Positions 13,355 through 24,675 are shown, counted from the whole stretch's first letter. The stretch is 48,637 bases of DNA, filler included, from Sphacelaria rigidula (GCA_964200075.2; 2 parts of 2 records of this genome joined end to end with filler, not necessarily neighbours in it); one strand, 5' to 3'. The notes: generated from the letters alone by a model not told the origin. Numbers and translations: made by a program.

Positions 13355-16300
13355 ATGCGCGTCCACTTTCGCGAAGGCCGAATTTCGTAATACTACTAGT
13401 TCGCAGCTGCGCTAGATTTAACACTCATTTCACGTTTCGGATGTGCGTGTTTTGCCGTCGCTGCTGCATACAGCTCACGAAGGCAATCCGAACCCTTGAA
13501 AAGGAGGCTGCACTGCATGCCACGCTCGAGGAAGATGTAGGGAAATTGCAGGCCTGGAAAAAAGCTAAGACGGCTGAGATAAAAGATCTCATGGAACAGG
13601 TATTTTTCCTCTTGTATAACTCGCAGCCTTTCGGTTCGGCACTATCTCGGGTAGGGACCTTCCCTTGGCACCAGTCCTATGCTCTTCTTGCATATACGTA
13701 ACGTTGCATTGTCATCCGACACGCGTGAGGTGGCTGTCGGTGCTCCACACATGCAATGCTCGCTGTAGAAAAATGTGACTGTGGCAGTGCTGTTCAAGAT
13801 TTGCCTTCGCGTGAAATGTCATGTTCTCCAAAACCTCGTTGGCCGCGGTTGAGCATGAATCCTAAGCTACAAATAGTGGCAGTACTTGTCACACGTAACG
13901 CTAACCCGAGCCCGAGTTGAACTAGGGCACGCGACTTGTGTGTACAACGTTGCCCTTGAACGCCGAAACCGACACCGACTGTTGGCCTGTAAAGCGCCAG
14001 TGCCCATGTGGTGCGTATCCGCCACTCAACTTCCCTCCAATGCGATTTTAAGACGACAATCCAGCTTTGCAAGCATATCGCTCCCCTGTGAAGTGTTGAT
14101 GCGTGTGCTGTTTTGTCCTTGCTCTAGTTGGACGAGAGCAAAGCCTACGGGGAAATGGTTGAGGAGCTCACTGATAAAAACCTGGAGCTCGGCGAAAGAT
14201 GCGGCGAACTCGAGGCCACAATTGCGGATCTGGAATCTTCAATTGAGCTATCGGAGGAGCTTGAAGTTCAGCAAGCTGAAGAAATACGAGAATTACAGGT
14301 GACTGCGAGTGATGGGCGATCGGTGATGTTGCGGCAAAAACAGACATGTTACGCTAGTTTCCTTCTACGATCGTGCATCCTCTGGCGCACTTGGGACTGC
14401 ATCAGGCGACGTGCGTGCTGCCTGTAGCTTGTACTTTCATATGCAAGCGTGCACTCTCGAGTGCTCGAGTGCCCTAGAGACTTGCGCTTGTCGTCGAGGC
14501 ATGGCTGGAACAAGAACGGCCTGATTGAAGTAGGCTAGCGACATGCTTACCGAAAACCTCCGAACACAGTGGGTTCGACCACCACGCTCGTCTGCTTGCT
14601 GCTTCGGTTTGTGACGACATTTTCCCGCACTTGCAGGCCGATTTGACTCGTCGTGAGATCAGTTTGCACAACCAGAAACTCGCCCTTGAGTCAATGATGA
14701 AGGAGCTCGAGGACACCAAGCAAACAATCGATCGATTCAGGTGATATATCAAGAGGTCTGCTTGACCATATGCTCGTCATACATTTTTTTCGTGCTACAC
14801 GCGCGCAATCTAGCGTTCAATGCATCTTTTCTCGTTTTTTTGTAGTGCGATTCTATTGCTTATATTACATACGCGCTGTTGACACCACAGAGAATACGCC
14901 GAAGAACTCAAGACTTCTCGCGACGGGCTCGCTGCCGCTGCCATGGCGGATGCGGGGAACCTGGCCTTGAACAGCGCGGAAAGGCGTGCTTTCTTGAATC
15001 AGAAAGCTGCTAGCCAACGACGAGTTACTGAAAATCGAAGGTTGGTTTCTTAGCCGAAGCTATTGTAGAGTAGCAGCACACTCGAATCATGTTCCGCGTA
15101 ACTTCCACGCGCCATTCTGTAAGTTCTGTGTCGGGGAAAGAGTTGTGCATGTTTTCGCCCCAAATTGTTCTCGCTCTTAGACAGCAGCTGTGACTCTTGT
15201 AAAAACAGTGGCCAATTTTACTCATTGCGCAAAAAATTTGCGCGTTTCTTTGGAGTTGACCACATTACGACGAGGGAATCCCGCAAGGGAAGGCACGCTA
15301 TTTGGTATCCGTCCTATATACACGGCTCTGTGGTATATTGCACGACCTCGGACTTACATGCAGGTGTCCACGTCTTCCCGCCCCTTACTGCGTCTGCCCC
15401 TTATCTTCCTCCGTAATTGAAAACTATAGGGTCAAGGTGTCACAGAGGCTGTTGCAGCTTGCTCTTTTTGATGCCCAAGCACGCTCCTCTCGTACATCTA
15501 TGCTCCTTCCCGGGTCGTTGTTGCTTGCGGAGACCGAGCTTAGGTGAGCACATGGCGGTAATGATGTTCCCTGTTGCTGTATGACTTTATAGTATATCAT
15601 TCCCAACTACATTTAGCTTAGCGCACTTCCTCCTCATCTCGTGCGAATCCCTGTTGGTAGCTCTTATGCTGTTGTTTGTTGGTGAAGGTTGAAGCTCCGG
15701 TAGAGACCCGTAGCTCTACACAGCACCATAATATGGGCTATTTATCAACACGGAGGCAGCAGCAATTAATTGGTGGACTGGTTTGATTGATTTGATTTTC
15801 GCACATGGAGTTATTTTCCACGAATACAGCCGTGCCTGCCGATAGACCAAATGTCGTATCGACCCCGAGAAAAAAAACCGACAGGTCCTGCTACCGGATA
15901 GGACTTGAGAACAACAAGCCGTACAAAGAACAAGGTCGTCGCAAAGGCTGATAATTTTCAAGGGGTACAATGTACATGTTGACATGTCGTCGTGGACGTG
16001 TGTGCTCTTCGCACAGAGTACGTCGTTGGCACTATTTCACCTCATGCGTAACGGGACACTGTTGCACCCCGGCATGTACGTTGACTTTAGTCATTTTGAT
16101 GCATGTACTACACAGATACGCAGAGGCGGACCTGAGCCTATGCAGATTGGCGGGGAAGGGTAACCTCGCCCTGGAGTTGCTTGAACGTCCCGCCATGGAG
16201 TTCATCGATGCCTTGGCAACCACGAAGGTTTGTTTCCACGGCGAACGGGGTATTTGTAGGTAATTTTTTCCCAGGGCACGTCTCACTTTGTGACTGGGTC

Positions 16301-19300
16301 TAAACTCCAGAAACGCACCTGGGCATACCGAGTGGTCGCCTTTAGAATTAGCCGTGCCTCGTGTTGCCCATGGCCGAAAATCTCATGCTTGCACCAACCA
16401 GAGGCTCCCTCCGCACACCTGTAGAGTGGGCGTCAACCCAGTAGTAGATTGAGTGCCACTGTATGCCACCTTGGGCTTGCTTGGCAGTTGTCCACTTCAT
16501 CGCACGTGCTCACATTTCGACATTCATTCTGCGCTGTGCGCAGCAGCCGACGGATGTGTCGACCGATGAGGATGCCTGCGCGGAGGTGGTGCAGCCGTTG
16601 GATCGAACGACGGTCATCGAAGATTGCACACGCCTCGCCCGTGAGGCAGAAGAGTCGACACCAATCGCGCGAGTGGTGGGGGAGGCGCTGGCGGTGCTGA
16701 CCGTCACCACCCTAAAAAGCGGCATCTCGTCACACCAACCACAAGACAACAGTGGGTCTGGTGATGACTTTTCTGCCGAGAAAATTGCAGGCGTGAGCGC
16801 AGAGGTTCTGTCGGCAGCCAATGAAGCAGAAAAGCTTGTTGACGGCCTGCTGAGGGTACTACAGGTGATGTCCATTATTTTTCAGCAGTCGATTGAGTTT
16901 GAAGGCTCAACGCATACACTTACCATGCCTTACACCGGAAGTAACTAAAATTGATGTTGATATATATATTTCGCATAGTCAAGATCGAGCATCGTTCATG
17001 TTGAGGTGAAAGCTTGAAAGTTACCATTGCCTCGTCATGCGGTGAATGCGCTCGATCGGTCCTTCGCCCAGCGTGGTAAAAAAAGTCGCAACTGGGCCCC
17101 CTTCTGCCTTTCGGCTCAAGCACGAGTCGGTTGACACAAACGATGGCGCATGCCAATACGTGAAAATGCACTGAACACGTTTTTACCGCCGAAAATTGAC
17201 TCCATCAGGACGAAGGTGGACTACCACCTCAGCTGACGGAGAGCATTGTCACAACCCTCACATCAACCGCCGCCACAATGGGTGCGCGTCGCGTCGCGGC
17301 CGTCGCGTCGAGCGTTGAAGAAGACAGCACTAGTAGCTCCATCGGCGAACCAGCCGCTGAGTGGGGGCATGGCGCCGGGGGTGGTATCGGTGCTGCAGTA
17401 ACTGCCTTACAGGACTGTTTGGTGTGGACGAGGCGTGCTACTCTAGCTGCAGTAGGAGCAGCTCTTCGTGTGAGTTTCAGGATGTACCGTTGCCTGCCCA
17501 TCACCATCTCGAGTGTAAACGTGTGTGCTATACAGGCGAAGCATAACGGCGACAATCGGCAGAGCAAGGGCCGAAGTGCCCAGATTAGTGCCGCCGTGCC
17601 AACTTCGCCATTCGATCCATCTGTTTTCGCTTCTGAATTTTCGGAATATATTCCCATTTGTGCTCGTCATTTCAGCCAGTACGTTTTGCTGTCGACATCG
17701 AACTATGATTATGATGAAGGGACTTGATTTGGAGCTAGTGTTGAGATTATTTCATGTGGTCATCATGCATCTCCCCCACCCATTTTTCATCCCTCCAGGA
17801 CGCTGAAGGTGCAGTTGTATCTACTCCATTGGGCGGTGACGGCGATGATGTCCTCCTCGCACCGTGGCAGATCATGCGCGGGCTCTGGGTGGAACTGGCG
17901 GTGAGGGTTTCATTCTAGTAAGCAGTATGACCGCTTGGCTTGCGTTGTACTGGAGCAGATCATGCCGTATATGCGATAGTTTATTCTTGTTATCTATAAA
18001 CCTGGAGTTATTATAATATTTTGTCCCGTACGGATTTTATTGGGCAAGCAAAAGCGATACCCTCGAAGAGAGAAAAAATACATCTGTTCATGTCCGGTAC
18101 GTCTTGTCTAGTACGGGGACAGGGTCATAATATTGAATCCGATGGGAACCGGAGCTTACGGGTAACCACAATTCTTGTTGGGCGGTAGTCGCTGGTGGAT
18201 GATTGGCGGGACATGGAAAAGGGTTATTTATTTTTCACGTGCGGAAAGGCGTGGCACTTGATCGATGTAAATGCAATAAAACTCGTCACACCCAGTTAAC
18301 CCTTGGACCGCGGTGCGGGTAGTCCATCCGGATCATGCATACTTTTTTCAAGTGAATATTGATGCCGATGCAGGAGGTGACCTTACCCTCGCGGCCAAAG
18401 GGTCAATCGCATATTGATTGCTGGTTTAAGTCGTTTTGGGGGGCCAAGTACTTGTCAATGCGCAGCGGCGAATGACATCACTTCCTACTCAAGCCAATTC
18501 AGAATCGTCTAGGTGCTGGAGCTGCCCACACATGAGCAAGTGTGAGCAAATAGCTAGATCTCTCCCTAGACGAGTGCCTTCACACGTCTACTGATGCATA
18601 TAACTAATACTGGCCACCGACCGATCACCACGCCTCTTACCTAGCCTCACCGTCGTTACGTAGTATATAAGTAGCACGCTTGTATTCCACGAAGAGCGGC
18701 AGGAGCAGCGGCGACAGTACTACGTGTCCACTGGCTTTACTGTGTGTGCACATCGTACACAGCTACATCGCTACACAATATAATGGATCCGATCAGCTAG
18801 GGGGGTCATCTTTTTTGCAAGCATTTTCCCGGTTTATGAAGCACGTGGATGGAGGCTCTGGCATCACAGCAGAATGACGAGAGCTGCGGTGTGTTCAGAC
18901 GCTTGCAGTAGACATGAGTCTATGCTGCCTATCGTTTGCTGCTGTTCGTAGGTCGTCATGTTCAGGCGACACGCTGTATCCACTACACTGCCAAGCACGG
19001 CACCTTACTGTGCTGTCGGCCTCAATCTGCAGATGTGAAATAATGCCCACATTTTCAAAGAAACTGTGAATTAATATACATATGTCGGGCTGCTGAACAA
19101 AAATGTAACCCATGTTGAATTCGTTTCGAGTGGACGTTAGTTCCTCAAGCCGTGGCATCAGCCATCTGGGTACTTTTTCAACATTTTTCTCGATGTCGAT
19201 GTCAGCAACATGTCAGCCAGAGCGTGTCGACCCCGCGTAAGATTTTCCAACATGAGTCACAATGCGCCCGAGTCGGCAATCCAGCCGTACAAAGAGTAAA

Positions 19301-22300
19301 ATGAGGTCACCACATATATCGCTAATCTTTGTAAGAGTTGGAGCCGCCCGTGACTTTTAAGACCTGACATGCCGTGTTTCAGCTCACCGATCGCTATCAG
19401 CACGTGAGGTGCAATACCCCGAGCTCCCCGCGGGGCTCCTTCCGATTGCTTCATATTTACTACATTCTCTGCTCCTTTTGCGTGCAAGCAGACTCTACGT
19501 GACGTTGCGCGTGATTCGAACGGAACCTGGTCCAGTCGCTTGCAACAACTGGCCACCGGTAAGCTGGTGTAACTGACGCTCCGATAACAGCACTGTTGAG
19601 GTGTGATGGTTTTCGCTGTTGGATCAGTAGCACGGGCTCGGACGAAATTGAGTGATACAGTGATACAGCCGTAGTTGCGGTGGTATTGGAACCCACGTTG
19701 CGTGACTTCGATTTTCACCTTGCATGCTGAGGAATAACTGACTATTTGGGACGTGGCTGGTTTCTCATGCCTGTGCACTTGTTTCTACATCCGATCCAGG
19801 GTAGCAACATCGACTGCGTGCTAAACTTTGCGTTCTCGCGTGATGTCCAACAGGGGTGAGGGTGTGGTAAAGCTAATTCTGCTGTTTTCTCGTGTTCGTA
19901 GGAGCGACACGTCTCCTCGCACAGATTTTCGAGCACTTCTCGGACAAGAATCGGCGACCTTCAGCTGTCCACGACTTGATTGAAAAGGTGAGCCGGCTCC
20001 CGGGTCAATTTGTTCTGATGATTTCAGATGACGAGTTTTGTTGACAATACTACTACTATTCATATTGCACCTCGTTTGAAGGATTCCTTACGCACACGCT
20101 TTGCCGACAGATTTCGGGTTTGCGGACAGAGGCAAAAGAACTGGCACGGTTGGGCTCTTCCTCTGTACCAGCCCGGGATGAAGCGTCAGAGTGTTCAGAA
20201 CCTGCACCACCATGCCCAAGGGTGATTTGGACGGCAGTGGCCCCGTCCTTGCCAAGTAACTTGATGGTCACTTCGAGGAGTGATAACAGCGGGGCAGATG
20301 TTATGGCATCACCCTGTGCGCAAAGAGCTGGGAGGGTGCGGGCGTCGCTAGAGCGAGCGATTGATCTCAAGCCGGAGTTGGAAGCCTCTCGAGCAAGGGT
20401 GGAAGAGTTGGTGAGTCAATAAAATACCAACCGCGCACAATCGCTACAGTGCATATAAGTATGGATCATGGGCGGTGCCTGTGAGAGGGAGTACTATAAG
20501 TTGTTGACACATCGATTAGATCTTCGCCGCTACAACACACGAGAGTTTGGTGACTGTTTGAGACTCGAGCGTGTCCGTGTATCCGTTTCTACATTCAAAG
20601 GCGGCGTATAACGTGAGAACACGTGGCGCTTGTGTGTATCTGATGGCTTCCGCTTCGTTTTGCTACGTACTCACCTCGCCGGAATAAAAGGCGCGTGACG
20701 TGGCGGCAAAGAGCAAAGAGCTCATCGCAGCTGGTTCGAAACGGGAGCAGCTCGAGACCCTGTTGGAGAAGGCGACGGGTGCGCAGTCTACATCTCAAGA
20801 TCTCCAGCAGCAGGTACGCATCTTTGCCCGAGGTTATGTCGACGGTAACCCTACACCTAGCAACCCGCCTGCACGCATTGCCGTGGTCGATTGGTCCGAG
20901 TTATTTGGAAACTGTCGAAAGGGGGTTGGTTCAGGTTCGGATGCTCACGCGTCAGGTTCGGATACTCTCGCTTCACGCCTTACCGTTTGCGAATGCTCTG
21001 CAGGTGTTGCTGCTCCAAAAAAAAAGTGACAAGGTTGAGGAAGAAAATAAATTCCTGGCCATAGCCTTGGACGACTTGCAAGACAGTTCGAGTCGCTTGG
21101 AAGCTGAGAATCGTGCTCTGAAAATGGGAGCGTCGCCAGCTCCACTTTCAGGCTTGAGTGGAGGCGGAAACTTGGCGAAGGTCGGCAAAATCTCGGCTGA
21201 GTTTTGTGCCCTTTTATTCCGCTGCCGCTCCAGTGTCGTACCCGAACATTCGTCAAAATATTGCGGCGGTGGACGTTGAAATATGCCCAAACGATGGAGA
21301 ATACCCGCTATTCGACGCAGCTACATGTCGCTGTGTTCCTCAGTGCTTCATTCATGGAACCCCCTTAGTTTGTGCTGTGTGCGGGTTCACTCTCATCTCA
21401 TTTGGCAACGTTTGCTCGCTTTCGCCAGCGGTATTGGAAATCGCGTTCGGCGTGCTCTTGTAAATCTGCTGAAATGATGCTTATGGTTGAACTTGGCACG
21501 AGAGTCCAATGAAAATATCCAGCATAACGTAGGAAGCACGGCGATGAAATGACTGAAAGTATTTTTCTGGCAAAGCTCGCGATGGCCCTGTTCCGTTTTT
21601 CGTCCATGGAGGCTGAATGCCACATGTAGATTCACCCCGCGCGTGCACATGATGTAATTTGGTGTCTGCTGTAGACGAGGACGTTGGTGGATGGAATTGC
21701 AGATAGAACGTCCTCGCGTACCGTTTGCTGAACCGTAGAGTTGATACAATCCCCACTCTCGTGTGCTGCCTGTCGTTCTCGTACGCATAAGTATCAGCAT
21801 GGCCCGAAGACGCGTGCTCGAGGGGCACCAAATCCAGCCAACGCTCTCAGTGGAAATGAAACGACTCCGACAAGCGTCTTGGGAAAGGATGTGGCACCAA
21901 CAGGTAAGACATGCTTCATTTTCACCGACGATGTGTGTGGTGCGCCACAGTCCTACCTGCTTGTGACCACTGCAAAGTGGTAAAATGACACAGAGAGGCG
22001 TAGTCCCCGAGTTGCTGTAGCCACTACAGGTCGGCTTGCCCTGCATCTTGCACATGATGAGGATATGCATCGTAATGTTGATAATTGTTTTGTCGCTGCA
22101 GGTTCTTCCCCAGTTATTCCGGGAGAAGTGGAGGCGTCGCTCACTGTGGCTTTACGCTGGTGTCGGGCAGAAGTGGCCAGGTACGAGATCACTTCGGCCC
22201 ACTTGGTGGCCGTTTAATGGCAGATTTTGGCATTGTGTACTAAATCGTGCTCTCGACTCTTTTCAATCCCAGACACGAGCAATAACGTGGGCTCCAACAC

Positions 22301-22464
22301 CACGTAAGAGAACGTATTCACGTTATGACCTTTGCCCCACTGGGTCCTCGCCTTTTTTCAACTTGTGCAGGTGGCGTGGCGAAGCCTTCAGCTCTGCTTT
22401 AGCTGGCCTCAAACCCCTTCCTCGCCTCTCTCCTGCGCAAGGAGGAGGGCCATGCTCTTCGCAG
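3448..22464 (+). CDS. DCTN1: Dynactin subunit 1 (p150Glued), multi-exon, 5' partial (CAP-Gly exons upstream of window), 3' end unresolved. Exons: 3448-3603, 3805-3971, 4247-4579, 5552-5693, 10804-10875, 11087-11164, 11560-11663, 13073-13193, 13474-13599, 14128-14298, 14637-14740, 14891-15040, 15430-15543, 16116-16227, 16544-16864, 17209-17469, 17799-17900, 19492-19558, 19902-19987, 20111-20410, 20691-20813, 21004-21180, 21792-21903, 22102-22180, 22371-22464
   Basis: Manual splicing gives one stop-free frame of 3672 nt with all intron phases consistent. Hallmark p150 motifs appear in order: 'EALTLDKEQLALEKE', 'LAEQNLQLKEALKRL', 'YGEMVEELTDKNLELGERCGELEATIADLE', 'QTIDRFR', 'LLPGSLL...LCRLAGKGNL', 'PCAQRAGRVRASL', 'ALDDLQDSSSRLEAENRALK', 'SALAGLKPLP'. 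A Ser/Thr/Pro-rich linker precedes the coiled coil. Confidence 0.9.
3805..3971 (+). CDS. DCTN1: DCTN1 exon (ALKESLAAGK...SAGTES)
   Basis: CCAG| acceptor, AG|GTACTC donor, phase 0-2. Confidence 0.75.
4247..4579 (+). CDS. DCTN1: DCTN1 exon (RATRTLRSFS...AKTAEAT)
   Basis: CTGCAG| acceptor, AG|GTGAGT donor, phase 2-2. Confidence 0.8.
5552..5693 (+). CDS. DCTN1: DCTN1 exon (EAEEAKSRL...GEERLK), coiled coil
   Basis: CACAG| acceptor, AAG|GTTGGT donor, phase 2-0; heptad pattern. Confidence 0.8.
7061..7100. repeat. Tandem repeat (ATTGACAC)5
   Basis: Read directly. Confidence 0.95.
8664..8800. repeat. TATCG/CGATA-rich quasi-palindromic MITE-like remnant
   Basis: TCGTTATCGTTATCG pairs with CGATAACGATAACGA; inner GTCGCGAT...ATCGCGAC stem. 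Confidence 0.65.
10061..10086. repeat. (AT)n microsatellite
   Basis: Read directly. Confidence 0.95.
10804..10875 (+). CDS. DCTN1: DCTN1 exon (ASALVKEK...DMESQ)
   Basis: CGCAG| acceptor, CAG|GTGATT donor, phase 0-0. Confidence 0.8.
11087..11164 (+). CDS. DCTN1: DCTN1 exon (VAELNDACEALTLDKEQLALEKEDLQ)
   Basis: TLDKE p150 motif; AAG| acceptor, CAG|GTGGGC donor. Confidence 0.88.
11560..11663 (+). CDS. DCTN1: DCTN1 exon (DKVDELQMELE...AARAL)
   Basis: GGCAG| acceptor, CG|GTAATA donor, phase 0-2. Confidence 0.85.
13073..13193 (+). CDS. DCTN1: DCTN1 exon (AAGDAAGG...EQNLQLKEALKRL...EKSE)
   Basis: QNxxLKEALxRL motif; GAG|GTACTC donor. Confidence 0.9.
13321..13351. repeat. (GT)n microsatellite in a DCTN1 intron
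   Basis: Read directly. Confidence 0.95.
13474..13599 (+). CDS. DCTN1: DCTN1 exon (LTKAIRTLEKE...IKDLMEQ)
   Basis: ATACAG| acceptor, CAG|GTATTT donor. Confidence 0.88.
14128..14298 (+). CDS. DCTN1: DCTN1 exon (LDESKAYGEMVEELTDKNLEL...IRELQ)
   Basis: Most conserved p150 motif EMVExLTDKNL; TCTAG| acceptor, CAG|GTGACT donor. Confidence 0.92.
14637..14740 (+). CDS. DCTN1: DCTN1 exon (ADLTRREISL...QTIDRF)
   Basis: TTGCAG| acceptor, AG|GTGATA donor; TIxxFR motif. Confidence 0.88.
14891..15040 (+). CDS. DCTN1: DCTN1 exon (EYAEELKTS...RVTENR)
   Basis: CCACAG| acceptor, AG|GTTGGT donor, phase 2-2. Confidence 0.85.
15430..15543 (+). CDS. DCTN1: DCTN1 exon (VKVSQRLLQL...LLPGSLLLAETEL)
   Basis: TATAG| acceptor, AG|GTGAGC donor; start of the Dynactin domain. 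Confidence 0.85.
16116..16227 (+). CDS. DCTN1: DCTN1 exon (YAEADLSLCRLAGKGNL...LATTK)
   Basis: CACAG| acceptor, AAG|GTTTGT donor. Confidence 0.85.
16544..16864 (+). CDS. DCTN1: DCTN1 exon (QPTDVSTDE...GLLRVLQ); NAGNAG acceptor
   Basis: CAGCAG acceptor, CAG|GTGATG donor. Confidence 0.82.
17209..17469 (+). CDS. DCTN1: DCTN1 exon (DEGGLPPQL...VGAALR)
   Basis: CATCAG| acceptor, |GTGAGT donor. Confidence 0.8.
17799..17900 (+). CDS. DCTN1: DCTN1 exon (DAEGAVV...GLWVELA)
   Basis: Polypyrimidine tract + CCAG|, |GTGAGG donor. Confidence 0.8.
18300..18402. mobile_element. Tiny piggyBac-type MITE
   Basis: TTAA|CCCTTGGACCGCG ... CGCGGCCAAAGGG|TCAA: TIR 11/13 match, TTAA-like target site duplication. 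Confidence 0.6.
19492..19558 (+). CDS. DCTN1: DCTN1 exon (TLRDVARD...QQLAT)
   Basis: AGCAG| acceptor, G|GTAAGC donor, phase 0-1. Confidence 0.78.
19902..19987 (+). CDS. DCTN1: DCTN1 exon (ATRLLAQIF...DLIEK)
   Basis: CGTAG| acceptor, AAG|GTGAGC donor, phase 1-0. Confidence 0.8.
20111..20410 (+). CDS. DCTN1: DCTN1 exon (ISGLRTEAKE...RAGRVRASL...RVEEL)
   Basis: GACAG| acceptor, |GTGAGT donor; PxxxRAxxxR motif before CC2. Confidence 0.85.
20691..20813 (+). CDS. DCTN1: DCTN1 exon (ARDVAAKSKEL...DLQQQ)
   Basis: AAAAG| acceptor, CAG|GTACGC donor; CC2. Confidence 0.82.
21004..21180 (+). CDS. DCTN1: DCTN1 exon (VLLLQKKSDK...LEAENRALK...NLAK)
   Basis: CTGCAG| acceptor, AAG|GTCGGC donor. Confidence 0.85.
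21792..21903 (+). CDS. DCTN1: DCTN1 exon (YQHGPKTR...KDVAPT); alternative in-frame acceptor at 21798
   Basis: G|GTAAGA donor; supplies the required phase 0-1 bridge. Confidence 0.72.
22102..22180 (+). CDS. DCTN1: DCTN1 exon (SSPVIPGEVEASLTVALRWCRAEVA)
   Basis: CTGCAG| acceptor, AG|GTACGA donor, phase 1-2. Confidence 0.8.
22371..22464 (+). CDS. DCTN1: DCTN1 exon (WRGEAFSSALAGLKPLP...CSSQ)
   Basis: GTGCAG| acceptor, CAG|GTCAGC donor; LxxLxPL motif. Confidence 0.8.
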
Positions 22465-24272
22465 GTCAGCCAAAAATATTTCTACAAAGAGGTTGGGTCC
22501 GGCAAAGGTTCTCTTCTTTTGTGGGACTGCGCACCGGTCGTTTCAGTCAATGAAAATGTGCAAGGGATGTACGCAGTCGATATAACCATGTGTTGGTCCC
22601 GTGGCGGCGCAGCCGCTACGCGAGGGGCCTCCGCTATCATATAAGCAAGATAAATACGCGTTTTGGCCTCATATTATTTGAAAATCGAGTCCATTTTTCA
22701 CCGCTCAAGAACAGCGGTTTAGTCACACGAGGTTCGTTTTTTTTTTTGCCGAGAGAACAGGAAGGGTGTACTTATCTGTTACTTGTCTTCGTCGTTTGAC
22801 CATTGACTACGCATCCCTTTCGAGACAGAGCCAGAGAAAATTATTCATGCTTGGGAAAATGTATGTGCTTCGAAATATAATTTTGGAATCAGTGTATGCT
22901 CAGTTCTGACTGCGACTACGCTGGTACTCAGACCCACGGTCGCATGGCCGTATGCTCGCCGGGTACCTCGAGATACAGAGACGCAAGGTCCGATAGTCCG
23001 AAGTGCCGCGGGCGCAATAGAATAGTGCAACGAAATACCGAAGATGAAAGAGCGAAGAGCCCTGACTACTCAGAAACAAGGAACACAAGAGTAACAACAT
23101 GTTTCTTGTCTTTCAAGTCGCGGTGCGCTATGAGCGCTGACGGCGGTTGCAGCAGCCGCTACACTATTCACAAGTCATATGTCTTTCCAACCATCCCATC
23201 TTCATTATCCAGGGCGGCTGTCAAGAAATCAATCAATAAAACATTCCCGGGCAATCAAGCATGAAGAAGATCAATCATTTGGTGTGAGGTCCGTCACTCT
23301 GGTGACAAGCTGCAGATGGCACTTTCCCACACTAAAAGACGTGGACAAAGAACGTGAACATCGATCTTGATCCATGACAAAAACACGCAATGATCACTGG
23401 AGAAATATCGTAGCATACGAACATTCAGCGAATAATGGCAACGAGAATGTTGACATACATTAGTATATCGCTACGTCAGCTATCCCATATTTTACTCTGC
23501 TGTGCTTCTAAGTTTTGTCTGCCGTGGTGACGAATGTGCATGCTATTCCATGCCCTGAAGATGCGTGTGGCCAGAGCTGTGGCCAGTGCTCACGTGGGAT
23601 ATGCTCTTGGAGATGTTTGGAGAAGTTTGAGAATGAGAATCCATCTGCGCTTATATTGCCAGCTCTCGTTTTATGGTTTTAGGACGGCGGGAACCAGATA
23701 TTGTAACAAGACTCTTGATTAATTGGGTGCGAACCCACGAAATCCTCCCACTCGTCGACGTGCTGTACAGGGCAGTGCAGTTCCGCTTTGACCAGCGGGG
23801 CGCGGTGGTAAAACCGTACTGTGTACTATGAGATCGGCTGAAAACACGCGACTTACTTGTGTGAGAGACACCGCTACATATATCCACAATGAGAATATGA
23901 TCAAATATGTTCAGAACACTAGTAATAGCCATCGCAGCCATCATAAATGATGTTCTGTGCGCAACGCCAAAACTCACTAACCGGTGTAGCCGAACTAAAC
24001 AGAGGAATGTAACATCAACAGAAGAGTAAACAGCACACCCAGTTCTACAACGACCTGGTGCGATGTTGTGGGTACAGGTGTGGCACTGCTGGGACATGGG
24101 TGTTTTTTGTGATTCTGCTGTAGTATCTTCCACTTTGTGGTCGCCTCACGTTTTGAACCTAGAAGATTTTTTTTATTTTGACACATTCTACGATAGCCCC
24201 CCCCCCCCCCCCCCCCCCAAGAGGCTACGTTGTGTGGGGGAAAAATTCTCCAAAACACCAAAAGGAAAAAAA

Positions 24273-24372
24273 NNNNNNNNNNNNNNNNNNNNNNNNNNNN
24301 NNNNNNNNNNNNNNNNTTAATTAATTAANNNNNNNNNNNNNNNNNNNNNNNNNNNNNNNNNNNNNNNNNNNN
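24273..24372. other. Scaffold gap with artificial linker N44-TTAATTAATTAA-N44
   Basis: Exactly 100 bp, symmetric, 12-mer gives stops in all six frames. Confidence 0.95.
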
Positions 24373-24441
24373 CGGCTGATGCGCCCACATATTCCGAAAA
24401 GGGTAGACTGGCGCCCAGAATAAATGGGACGACAACACACA
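24373..24441 (+). mobile_element. 3' end of a SINE (same family as 35276-35675), truncated by the gap
   Basis: CGGCTGATGCGCCCACATA...ATGGGACGACAACACACAC matches 35555 onward. Confidence 0.8.
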
Positions 24442-24562
24442 CGTACTCCCTGGTATACATCAAAGCTAGAAGTTACGACCCACAACGAGATTCGGGATGG
24501 GTTGCTGTGATGGAACACTACTTCTGCTCTCTTCATGACTCTCATTCTTGAATGAACTTGAT

Positions 24563-24675
24563 ATCACATCACACCACACCACACCACACCACATCACATC
24601 ACACCACACCAAACCTCATCACACCGCATCACATAATATTCATCACATCACGTCACATCACAACACACCGCACTG
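24563..24675. repeat. Degenerate pentamer microsatellite (CACAC/CATCA)n
   Basis: Read directly. Confidence 0.85.

Noticed and set aside
16510-21290. Antisense ORFs overlapping DCTN1 exons
   Set aside because: Shadow frames of the + strand coding sequence
24273-24372. TTAATTAATTAA island inside Ns
   Set aside because: Symmetric 100-bp six-frame-stop scaffold linker, an assembly artefact; adjacency across it is uncertain
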